Positions 26,823 to 34,871 of a stretch of DNA of 56,871 nucleotides are shown in pieces. Source of the DNA: Minisyncoccota bacterium (lineage in GTDB: Bacteria > Patescibacteriota > Minisyncoccia > Phycocordibacterales > GCA-2747955). The DNA lies in contig CALGNJ010000007.1 of assembly GCA_937958705.1 (NCBI GenBank), positions 1 to 56,871 on the forward strand, in the 5' to 3' direction. The notes under the pieces were generated by a model. It was not told the DNA's origin. It saw nothing but the letters and a program-made list of their open reading frames with translations, and did no database searches. The position numbers and the translations under genes are program-made. How positions within the stretch are numbered: position 1 is the stretch's first letter; each line of letters opens with the position of its first letter.

Positions 26823-27666
26823 ATAACAACGCAATAATATATATGGTCACAACAGCTCCACACAAGGCATTTAAATATGGAAAATATGTATATAAACCAA
26901 ATAATTCTTGATCAAAAACTTTGAAAGATTTTGCAACCAAGTATATATATGGAGCAGCAAGCAGTAAGAATAACCATGAGGTGAAATATCCCAGAATCAC
27001 AAAAGAGGCTACATATAAAACCAAACACAATACGAGAGTATGTTTCTTCTCAAGCTTTGTAGCTATCGTTGGAACCCCGGCTTGCCTATCAGCATCAATA
27101 TCTGGTACTGCTGAATACGCATGCATTGCAACTGTCCATAGTAGTCCTGCACAGACATACCACCAATTTATTGACGAGAATTCTGGATACACCAAAAGAT
27201 AGGCAAACACTGCCGTTCCAACATAATGAGATCCTGAAAAAATACTATCAAAAACCGGTCGTGCCTTTGCTCGAATAGGAGGGGTTGAGTAGAACGTCGC
27301 GAAAAATACAAAAACAAGAAATGCAAGAAGCGCAGTACTAGATATAAAAAATATTCCATAAATAATAAATGGTACTGTAGTTGCCCCAATCCAAAGAAAT
27401 ACTTTTTTATGATCTTGGGGTTGTAGCACATCTTCATAAGAATCCTTCTTGGGATTCAACATGTCAGTTTCATAATCAAATATGTCATTGATTCCATAAA
27501 TCAAAATATTTGCTGGTATTAAAAAATAAAGACCAAACAATAGTATCTCAACTGAAAGAGAGAATCCCACCGCAACATATGCAATGAGCAGTCCAATACC
27601 ATATGTACCAAATTCATATAACCAAAAGTGAGGGCGAGAGATAGACAAGATTTGTTTTATGTTCAT
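26821..27666 (-). CDS. UbiA-family prenyltransferase (possible carotenoid/lycopene elongase-type)
   Basis: NDIFDYETD and PDIDADRQAG Asp-rich motifs in a ~8-TM protein. Confidence 0.8.
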   Translation of the reverse strand: MNIKQILSISRPHFWLYEFGTYGIGLLIAYVAVGFSLSVEILLFGLYFLIPANILIYGINDIFDYETDMLNPKKDSYEDVLQPQDHKKVFLWIGATTVPFIIYGIFFISSTALLAFLVFVFFATFYSTPPIRAKARPVFDSIFSGSHYVGTAVFAYLLVYPEFSSINWWYVCAGLLWTVAMHAYSAVPDIDADRQAGVPTIATKLEKKHTLVLCLVLYVASFVILGYFTSWLFLLLAAPYIYLVAKSFKVFDQELFGLYTYFPYLNALCGAVVTIYIIALL

Positions 27667-27703
27667 GGTGATATTGTATCACCTTGTTATAATCCTTATC
27701 ACT

Positions 27704-27788
27704 GGAGATGTGTCTGAGTGGTTTAAGGTGCATCGTTGGAAACGATGTGTGCAGCAATGCACCGCAGGTTCAAATCCTGTCATCTCCG
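27704..27788 (+). tRNA. tRNA-Ser (anticodon GGA)
   Basis: Cloverleaf with a long variable arm, anticodon loop TTGGAAA and T-loop GGTTCAAATCC. Confidence 0.9.
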
Positions 27789-27834
27789 CAAAACAAAAGA
27801 TGTTCACTCCCTTGTGATCTAAAAGAAGAGAGTC

Positions 27835-29313
27835 TTACCTATTGAGAAAGTCTTGTGCATTTTTTAAGTGATTGTTTCTCTTTTCACTGTCCATTTTATC
27901 GAGCAGACGCGGCATCATAGACATTCTGTGGTTATTTTTAAATACATCATAGTGAGTAGTAATGAAATTCCAATACAGACCAGTCATGGTCTCTTCCCAG
28001 GGACCTTTCTTGTAATTCGACATCTTCTTAATATAGTTAGCACCAGCAATATAGGGCTTGGTCGCAAAAGAACCTCCATCTGCAAATTGACTCATCCCAT
28101 ATACATTAGGGACCATCACCCAGTCATACGCATCGACATACATCGACATAAACCAGAGGTACGCCTCATCTGGATGTATTCCCGAAAGAAGCATTACATT
28201 TCCAAGCACCATCAACCGTTCAATGTGGTGAACATATCCATATTGTAGTGAGCGCTTGATGCTTGTATCAACAGGGTCAATACCAGTCTCCCCTGTCCAC
28301 CACATGCTACCGAGTTTCTTCTGGTGTCCAAAGAAATTTTGGTTTCTCATGTGTGTCCCGTCTGATTCATAAGAAGCGCGCATAAATTCTCTCCAGCCGA
28401 TAATTTGCCGCACAAAACCTTCTACGGAATTTAGTGGAACATCATGTTTGTCTGAATATTCAAGTGCTGCGTCAAGCACTTCCTGAGGTGTAATCAGGCC
28501 ACAATTAATAAGAGGTGATAGCACTGAATGATTGATCCGCACAAACTCATCTGATATTGCATCCTCATATGGTCCAAATTCTACAAATCTTTCTGCTAAA
28601 AAATCTTCAAGCCACTGGAGTGCTGACTCTCTTGTGTAGGGGATCCAAACTTTTGTCTCTCCATATGTTTTACAGTCTAGTGTTTCTAGCCACTCTCTGG
28701 AGGCTCTAACCTCGTTTCTGTCTATATACTCCATATCAATGGGTACTTCATACTCCTTAGGCAGCTTCTTTCTATTGTCTTCATCAAAGGACCATTTGTC
28801 ACCAACGGGTTCTGTGCGACTCATAAGAATATTTTTATCTATTCGTATGTTTTTATAAAAACGCGCCATATGTCGACCGGAGTCGACGTATCTTTCAACC
28901 GCCTCCTCTTTACTCAAAATAAACGCAGGAGACTCATACCATACCCGCTCAAAACTGTGTACCTTTTCCGATTCTCGTATTCTCTTCTCGAGCCACTGAT
29001 CCACAGTGTCAACAACATGGATTCTTGTGATACCCTGCGCGTGCACATAGGTAAATACTTCTTCGGTGTTTGCCACACTTGTACGTTCGATAATTTCTAC
29101 ATCATGTCCCTGGCTGACCAATTTTTTTTTGTATTCTCTTATCGATAAATAGTGGAGGAGCATTTTCTGAGCATGAATGGGAAACTCACCCATTAGTAAT
29201 GGCTCTTCTATAAGGTAAATTTTCCTTCCCTGTGTGATGGCTGGATGTGCATCAAATAACTGATGGGGGTAAATAAGTGTGGCATCTTGCATGTATACTT
29301 GATTATAAGCCAT
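27835..29313 (-). CDS. Cryptochrome/photolyase-related protein of the COG3046 (FeS-BCP/(6-4) photolyase-like) type, lacking the Fe-S cysteines
   Basis: GWREFMR, HHIERLMVLGN, PNVYGMSQFADGG and KPYIAGANYIKKMSNY match my recollection of the PhrB/CryB family. The start is 29313 or 29292. Confidence 0.75.
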   Translation of the reverse strand: MAYNQVYMQDATLIYPHQLFDAHPAITQGRKIYLIEEPLLMGEFPIHAQKMLLHYLSIREYKKKLVSQGHDVEIIERTSVANTEEVFTYVHAQGITRIHVVDTVDQWLEKRIRESEKVHSFERVWYESPAFILSKEEAVERYVDSGRHMARFYKNIRIDKNILMSRTEPVGDKWSFDEDNRKKLPKEYEVPIDMEYIDRNEVRASREWLETLDCKTYGETKVWIPYTRESALQWLEDFLAERFVEFGPYEDAISDEFVRINHSVLSPLINCGLITPQEVLDAALEYSDKHDVPLNSVEGFVRQIIGWREFMRASYESDGTHMRNQNFFGHQKKLGSMWWTGETGIDPVDTSIKRSLQYGYVHHIERLMVLGNVMLLSGIHPDEAYLWFMSMYVDAYDWVMVPNVYGMSQFADGGSFATKPYIAGANYIKKMSNYKKGPWEETMTGLYWNFITTHYDVFKNNHRMSMMPRLLDKMDSEKRNNHLKNAQDFLNR

Positions 29314-29467
29314 GACACAAAAGAATGATATAAGAAAACAAATCAAAGTCTGCCCTACCTGCGAACGATCTTTTCATAATAGAAAGAAATGGGAGTCTCG
29401 AGGTATCTGGCCAGAAGTAATTTACTGCTCAACAGCGTGTGGTAAACGCAGAAAAACGAGCAATTAA
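29312..29467 (+). CDS. DUF2256-type zinc-ribbon micro-protein (51 aa), not in the ORF track
   Basis: MTQKNDIRKQIKVCPTCERSFHNRKKWESRGIWPEVIYCSTACGKRRKTSN, carrying CxxC...W...W..V.YCS..C. Confidence 0.6.
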   Translation: MTQKNDIRKQIKVCPTCERSFHNRKKWESRGIWPEVIYCSTACGKRRKTSN

Positions 29468-29469
29468 TC

Positions 29470-30777
29470 TTACTTTTTCTTTACCGCCCTCTTGTACATT
29501 TCAAGTGTTTTTTCTCGTGCCTCTTTGTGGTCGACTATTGGACCCGGATACTCGCCCGTGTTGTATTCCGGTATCCATTGGGTAATATACTCTCCTTCGG
29601 AATCAAATTTCTCTTGCTGAGTGTATGGGTTAAAAATTCTAAAATACGGCATAGTGTCTGTTCCGCTGCCGGCAACCCACTGCCAATTCCCCACGTTTGA
29701 AGCCATCTCATAATCAAATAGTTTTTTTGCAAAGTACTCTTCTCCCCATCGCCAATCAATCTGCAAGTGTTTACATAGAAAACTGGCGGTTATCATCCTC
29801 ACCCTGTTGTGCATATAGCCAGTCGCGTTAAGCTCTCTCATACCTGCATCAACAATTGGGTATCCAGTTGTACCTTCACACCACCTCTTGAAATGTTCTT
29901 TGTTTCGACTCCACTCGACAGTGTCGTACAGAGGCTTAATTGCTTTGCGCTTACTATTAGGAAAATGCCACAGAACATGTTGGAAAAATTCCCTCCAAAT
30001 CAATTCACTCACAAAGTGATCAGAACCAGCAGATATTGCTCTCCGGTATGCTTGTCTTGTAGAGACCTGTCCAAATCTTAGGTACGGAGAAATTCTTGAC
30101 ACCCCGAGTGCTCTGTTTGGGTAATCTCGATTTAGTTTGTACTCATTGAATACTTCGGCGGTGAGGTTGTAATCACGCGGCTTGATTGAGCTTGGCTCAA
30201 AACCAATTTCCTTGAGACCCATTAACGGCCCTTCAGGCAGTGGCGCAAGCTTTGAAAGCCCATCAATGCTTGGAAACTCTTGTATCATCTCGTCTTGAAA
30301 ATAAGAGAGCCATTTGTTTTTGAATGGTGTGTAGACCATATATGGCTCTTTATTGTCTTTAAGAATCTCTCCAGGCTCAAATATAATATGGTCTTTATAT
30401 GTCTTAAATTCACAATCAATATCACCAAGAATCTTCTCCATTGACTCATCTCGTACTCGCGCATACGGTTCGTAATCACGGTTAGTGTATACCGCTGTAG
30501 CGTCATGCTCTTTAACAAGATTCACCAGCACCTCTTGTGGGTCTCCTAAACGAACAATTAGACTAGAACCGTGCTTGTGGCACTCGACGTTCAGTTCTTG
30601 TAATGTGTCGTGAATAAAAGTGACTCTATGGTCTTGCTTGTCTTCAATTCGATCTAAGATAGTTGTATCAAAAACAAAGACAGGTATAACTTGATCACAA
30701 TCCTCCAGTGCGTGAAATAATCCAGCGTTGTCTTCTAATCGCAAGTCTCTTCGGAACCAAAAAATAGCTTTTTTCAT
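29470..30777 (-). CDS. phr: Deoxyribodipyrimidine photolyase / cryptochrome family (class I CPD or DASH-like)
   Basis: IFWFRRDLRLEDN, TGYPIVDAGMREL..TGYMHNRVRM and NWQWVAGSG motifs. Confidence 0.92.
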   Translation of the reverse strand: MKKAIFWFRRDLRLEDNAGLFHALEDCDQVIPVFVFDTTILDRIEDKQDHRVTFIHDTLQELNVECHKHGSSLIVRLGDPQEVLVNLVKEHDATAVYTNRDYEPYARVRDESMEKILGDIDCEFKTYKDHIIFEPGEILKDNKEPYMVYTPFKNKWLSYFQDEMIQEFPSIDGLSKLAPLPEGPLMGLKEIGFEPSSIKPRDYNLTAEVFNEYKLNRDYPNRALGVSRISPYLRFGQVSTRQAYRRAISAGSDHFVSELIWREFFQHVLWHFPNSKRKAIKPLYDTVEWSRNKEHFKRWCEGTTGYPIVDAGMRELNATGYMHNRVRMITASFLCKHLQIDWRWGEEYFAKKLFDYEMASNVGNWQWVAGSGTDTMPYFRIFNPYTQQEKFDSEGEYITQWIPEYNTGEYPGPIVDHKEAREKTLEMYKRAVKKK

Positions 30778-30831
30778 TACTAGATTATACCTCACAACAT
30801 CTATCTCATTTACAGGTATAATGACCTCAAC

Positions 30832-31263
30832 ATGACTTCCCTAAAAACTACAAAAAATGACTTATCTGTTTCAGGTTTTATCTCAGGACTTGAAGGAAAG
30901 CAAAAAAAGAAAGACAGCAACGAACTTGTAAAGCTATTTGAATCTGCAACAGGATATAAAGCCTCAATGTGGGGATTCAGTATGATTGGTTTTGGTTCAT
31001 ACAAGTACAAGACACACTCTGGGAAACAGGAAAACGAGTGGCCATTAACTGCGTTCTCGCCTCGTGGCAAAAATATCTCTATCTATATAATGCCGGGTGT
31101 TGCTAAATTTGAGAAACAGCTCAAACAACTTGGAAAACACAAAGTAGGTAAAGGATCGTGCTTATACATTAAAAAACTGAGTGATGTAGACACCCAAGTA
31201 CTTGAAAAAATTATTATCGCTTCTGTAAAAGGTATCAAGCAAATGTATCCTGACTCTAAATAA
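30832..31263 (+). CDS. DUF1801 (YdhG-like) domain protein
   Basis: Typical length and the MIGFGSY.Y......G....W...GFSPRK..ISIY pattern. Confidence 0.6.
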   Translation: MTSLKTTKNDLSVSGFISGLEGKQKKKDSNELVKLFESATGYKASMWGFSMIGFGSYKYKTHSGKQENEWPLTAFSPRGKNISIYIMPGVAKFEKQLKQLGKHKVGKGSCLYIKKLSDVDTQVLEKIIIASVKGIKQMYPDSK

Positions 31264-31290
31264 AACACAGCCCGCACGGGCTCTGTTTTA
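31264..31290. terminator. Bidirectional terminator between DUF1801 and htpX
   Basis: cacagcccg/cgggctctg hairpin followed by tttt. Confidence 0.6.
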
Positions 31291-32190
31291 TTTATTCATT
31301 CCCCGCAGATTTTCAATTCTCTGAGTGATTGGTGGATGGGTCGAGAATATACGCTCTAGAAAATCAACCGTTGTTTTATCTCTATCGAGAAATGGAGATG
31401 AGATGTACAAATGAGCTGTTGCGGTACCCGCTCTCTTAACTGGTTTGTTTTGTTTTGAAATTTTCTCAAGTGCTGACGCTAAACCTTCTGGGTACCGAGT
31501 CATCTCAACCCCAGAAGCGTCAGCAAGGTATTCTCTCCTCCGAGAGATAGCAAGTTGTATTGCCTTGGCAACAAACGGTGAAAGAATCGCAAAGACTATT
31601 CCTGCGACCAAGATAATGGCACTCGCTTTGTTGTCTCCTCCTTTAGCTCTAAAGGCTCCTCGCATAAACATATCAGCGATAATTGAGATAAATCCAACCA
31701 GAACAACAACAATGGTCATAACTAAAATATCTCTATTCTTAATGTGTGAGAGTTCGTGCGCTGCAACCCCCTCAAGCTCTTTCTTCTCAAGTCCATCAAT
31801 AATTCCTGTGGTAAATGCCATTGCAGCATTCTTTGGATTTCTTCCAGTCGCAAATGCATTCATCGCAGAGTCTTCAATAATATATACGCGTGGTGTTGGC
31901 ATTCCTTGTGAAATTGCAAGATTCTCTACGATTCTCAGTGCAACCTTGTGTTGAGGATTTTTAGGGTCCATCGGTTTCGCCCCTGACATCTTGAGTGCAA
32001 CTTTGTCTGAATTAAAATATGAGAAAAAATTTCCAATAAACGAGACCGCAACCGCGATGTATAAAATGGCAGGATTATCATACATATATGAAAGCCCCCA
32101 CCCTATTGCAATAATAAATATTAAAAATCCACCCATGAGGAACCAGGTCTTTCTAATATTTGCTTTGGCTTGTACGTGAGGTGTCTGCAT
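31288..32190 (-). CDS. htpX: Zinc metalloprotease HtpX (M48)
   Basis: HELSHIKNRD (HExxH) motif, TM topology and the C-terminal STHPP motif. Confidence 0.92.
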   Translation of the reverse strand: MQTPHVQAKANIRKTWFLMGGFLIFIIAIGWGLSYMYDNPAILYIAVAVSFIGNFFSYFNSDKVALKMSGAKPMDPKNPQHKVALRIVENLAISQGMPTPRVYIIEDSAMNAFATGRNPKNAAMAFTTGIIDGLEKKELEGVAAHELSHIKNRDILVMTIVVVLVGFISIIADMFMRGAFRAKGGDNKASAIILVAGIVFAILSPFVAKAIQLAISRRREYLADASGVEMTRYPEGLASALEKISKQNKPVKRAGTATAHLYISSPFLDRDKTTVDFLERIFSTHPPITQRIENLRGMNK

Positions 32191-32205
32191 ATACTTGTTA
32201 TAAGA

Positions 32206-32781
32206 TTAGAATTGTACCTGTACGTTTTCTCGTTCCTCTGATTCTTCAGCTAGTTCGAAGAACGCTTTTACAGAAAAGTTAAACATTCGAGCAATAATAT
32301 TTGATGGAACAGATTCAACCTTTGTGTTGAAATCTCGGACCGTTCCGTTGTAAAAACGCCTAGCTGCTTGCACCTTGTCTTCTGTATCTGTGAGCTCCCG
32401 CTGTAGCTCTAAAAAGTTCTCATTTGCCTTAAGGTCTGGATATTGCTCAGCAACAGCCATCAATTTTGATAGTGCTCCGCCTAGCCCAGCTGTCGCCCCC
32501 TGCAACATTCCCATTGTCTCTGGGGTAAGATTTCCCGCATCAATATTGATGGCTGTTGCTGCTGCTCGTGCCTTGATAACACCTTCGAGTGTTTCTTTCT
32601 CGTGTGCTGCATATCCCTTAACAGTTTCCACCAAGTTTGGAATGAGGTCATAACGCCGTTTTAATTGCACGTCGATATCTGCCCATGCCTCCTCTAGTCT
32701 GTTTCTTCCTGCAATAAATCCGTTATATGTTAAGAAGATCCATGCAAACAATAGAACAATTGCTCCAATAATTATTTCCAT
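32206..32781 (-). CDS. lemA: LemA family protein
   Basis: N-terminal TM plus W.DIDVQLKRRYDLIPNLV and RR.YN motifs. Confidence 0.9.
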   Translation of the reverse strand: MEIIIGAIVLLFAWIFLTYNGFIAGRNRLEEAWADIDVQLKRRYDLIPNLVETVKGYAAHEKETLEGVIKARAAATAINIDAGNLTPETMGMLQGATAGLGGALSKLMAVAEQYPDLKANENFLELQRELTDTEDKVQAARRFYNGTVRDFNTKVESVPSNIIARMFNFSVKAFFELAEESEERENVQVQF

Positions 32782-32932
32782 ACTATTTTAGTTACTCAGT
32801 AATAATAAAATTGTAGCATATTCTTGATAAACGGCTCTGTTTTAGGTATGATACTCATCATTGTTTAGTTTCTAGACTATAGGCAGAGTGTCAGAATATT
32901 TCTGACTTTCAGCTAAAGAAGCAAACATATAC

Positions 32933-33019
32933 GGAAGTATGGCAGAGCGGTTGAATGCACTGGTCTTGAAAACCAGAGTGTCAGAAATGGCACCGGGGGT
33001 TCGAATCCCTCTACTTCCG
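32933..33019 (+). tRNA. tRNA-Ser (anticodon TGA)
   Basis: Acceptor ggaagta/tacttcc, anticodon loop CTTGAAA, long variable arm and T-loop GGTTCGAATCC. Confidence 0.9.
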
Positions 33020-33030
33020 CTAAGTACCAA

Positions 33031-33056
33031 AAGCACCGCACACGCGGTGTCTTTTG
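33031..33056 (+). terminator. Terminator after tRNA-Ser
   Basis: caccgc/gcggtg stem followed by cttttgtt. Confidence 0.6.
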
Positions 33057-33184
33057 TTGTATTTAGAAGAAGATAGAGAGATTCGAAAGCCGGAAGCGGT
33101 ATACAAGACGAATGAAGTGAGTACTTGTCGCTGAGGTCGGGGAGGAAGCCCTTAACAAGCTGGGTGAGTTTAGGAACTTGACCC

Positions 33185-33203
33185 CGAATCCCTCTACTTC
33201 CGC
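33185..33203 (+). repeat. Exact 19-nt duplicate of the tRNA-Ser(TGA) 3' end (cgaatccctctacttccgc)
   Basis: Identical to 33002-33020, but lacks the 5' T-stem strand, so it is not a tRNA. Confidence 0.85.
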
Positions 33204-33253
33204 ACAAAAGAAAAAACACTCAATTGGGTGTATTTTCTTTTGTGCGGAAGTAG
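33194..33253. repeat. 21-bp perfect-stem hairpin built from the tRNA-3'-end-like sequence
   Basis: ctacttccgcacaaaagaaaa (33194-33214) is the exact reverse complement of 33233-33253. Confidence 0.85.
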
Positions 33254-33516
33254 AAGAAAACAAACTGCTTTGTTTTCGTGGGATTCGCACCACCAGAGTA
33301 TTTCTATTTTTATGTTCATATGCACTCACTAAAAATTAGGTCAACCAGCGGAGCCATAAGTCACGTAGTGACTAGGCGAGCTGCGTCCAGATGTCCTTAA
33401 TAAAACACGAGCGAATGCGAAGTTTTTATTTACAAACAACGGGATCAATCCCTCTTGTTCGTGTCTTGTCAGGTCCACAGACGTTTTTAAAAATCACCGA
33501 GAGGTGTTTTTATTTA
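33254..33516 (+). ncRNA. Candidate structured non-coding transcript (unidentified) bounded by two terminator-type hairpins
   Basis: No credible ORF. Several local hairpins (gtcac-gta-gtgac; ggga-tcaa-tccc). Ends in aaaaatcacc-gaga-ggtgttttt. Confidence 0.25.
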
Positions 33517-33574
33517 ATTGACAAATCAAAAATATAATTTATTATTTATTTTGTTGTACATTCACATCTAATTA

Positions 33575-34429
33575 ATGGAGGCATCCGTGCAAACAAATAC
33601 CACCAAGGGACTCTTGGGAATTTTGGGTATTTGGCTAACTGCCGGTATTGCCCTACCTTTAATAAATATTCTTAACGATTTTAGCCCTACTCAACTTATG
33701 ACTTTCCGTGGCTATGTAACAGCGTTACTTGCTCTACTATTTATGAGGGGTGTTGTAGGAAAAATCGATCTCTATACCAAACTCATGATGATTGTCCTGC
33801 CTCTTGCGACCCTCGGTTTATTCCAAGGCGTTCGTTATCTCGGAGCTGGACCGACCATCATTATCATCACTGCGACTCCGATTGTAAATTTCTGTATTGG
33901 TTATTTTTTAAAAAGACCCGTACGAACGACTTCAGTTATCGCACTTTTCGTGTTGTTACTTGGTGTGGTTATTGCCCAGTGGAGTGATGAGTTGAATCTG
34001 CGAGGCTTAGCTTGGGCTTGCTTTGGCATGGTCATGAGCGGTGTTCTGTATGAGCTCTTTGCTCGAACAACATCAGGCACATTCGAGAAGTGTCTTTGCA
34101 CGTCAGCAGGTATGGGAACTTTGGGTTTACTCCTCAGTCTCCAAACCCCTTGGCCAAGCTTTACTGTTCAACCCGAGCTCTTATTGTTTGTTGTGCTTTT
34201 CGCTTTTGTTGGAGGCTTTCTATACTGGATCGCAAACATGTGGGCTTTTGATAATTTGCCCACAAACGAAGCAAGCATTCTCGCTCAAGGAGAAACACCA
34301 GCAGTTATAATTGGTGCATATTTCTTACTTGGGGAACAATTAACTCTTTTCCAGTGGTTCGGTGTTGGAATCGCTCTGTGCTCCGCTTACATCTTAACTA
34401 GAGCACTTAAGAATATTAACGATGATTAA
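33575..34429 (+). CDS. EamA/DMT-family transporter
   Basis: 10-TM protein with two-fold internal repeat architecture. Confidence 0.8.
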   Translation: MEASVQTNTTKGLLGILGIWLTAGIALPLINILNDFSPTQLMTFRGYVTALLALLFMRGVVGKIDLYTKLMMIVLPLATLGLFQGVRYLGAGPTIIIITATPIVNFCIGYFLKRPVRTTSVIALFVLLLGVVIAQWSDELNLRGLAWACFGMVMSGVLYELFARTTSGTFEKCLCTSAGMGTLGLLLSLQTPWPSFTVQPELLLFVVLFAFVGGFLYWIANMWAFDNLPTNEASILAQGETPAVIIGAYFLLGEQLTLFQWFGVGIALCSAYILTRALKNINDD

Positions 34430-34463
34430 GCTGGCTTTGCCGGCTTTTTCTATTCCATAAAAG

Positions 34464-34489
34464 TTCGAACTTCCTCCCATAAGGTCCAC
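34464..34489 (+). repeat. 26-nt direct repeat, copy 1 (ttcgaacttcctcccataaggtccac), embedded in a 15-bp-stem hairpin at 34463-34508
   Basis: 25/26 identical to 34819-34844. Confidence 0.85.
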
Positions 34490-34561
34490 AACAGGAGAAA
34501 GTTCGAACTAACTTAAAAGAACCCACAACTAATGCGGGTTCTTATTTTTTAAATCAAATAT

Positions 34562-34747
34562 TTAGATTACTAGGCTTGCTTTTTTAATACTGCGCCCAAC
34601 AAACCCATTAGGTCTTTCCTTTTTCTGGATGTAGCCTGATGCTTCGAGTGCATCAACGAGGTCGCGCTCATCTAAGGTTAGATTATGCCAATCTCTTCCA
34701 GCGAAGATATTTGCTGCAAGGATCAATGCTTGCTCTTTCTTTTTCAT
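34562..34747 (-). CDS. Hypothetical 61-aa protein
   Basis: aggagaaag SD, TTGACA-17-AATAAT promoter and a terminator at ~34517-34550. Confidence 0.55.
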   Translation of the reverse strand: MKKKEQALILAANIFAGRDWHNLTLDERDLVDALEASGYIQKKERPNGFVGRSIKKASLVI

Positions 34748-34818
34748 CTACTTTCTCCTAATTTAAAATGGATTTGTATTATTTAACTTATGCGAGAATT
34801 TGTCAATTGCTTGCCCGA

Positions 34819-34844
34819 TTTGAACTTCCTCCCATAAGGTCCAC
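34819..34844 (+). repeat. 26-nt direct repeat, copy 2 (tttgaacttcctcccataaggtccac)
   Basis: 25/26 identical to copy 1. It lacks the 3' hairpin arm. Confidence 0.85.
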
Positions 34845-34871
34845 TTCTCTTTTATTTGTTACAATTACCTC

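Noticed and set aside
32872-33329. Two minus-strand ORFs of 115 and 88 aa.
   Set aside because: They overlap tRNA-Ser(TGA), its terminator and the tRNA-fragment hairpins. There is no coding signal.
33130-33480. RNase P-like (GGGGAGGAAGCCC; GUCCACAGAC) and SRP-like (GUCAGGUCC) strings.
   Set aside because: The would-be P4 strands are not complementary. The J11/12 and L15 cores are absent. The SRP GGAA tetraloop and AGCAGC side are missing. I judged these chance matches.
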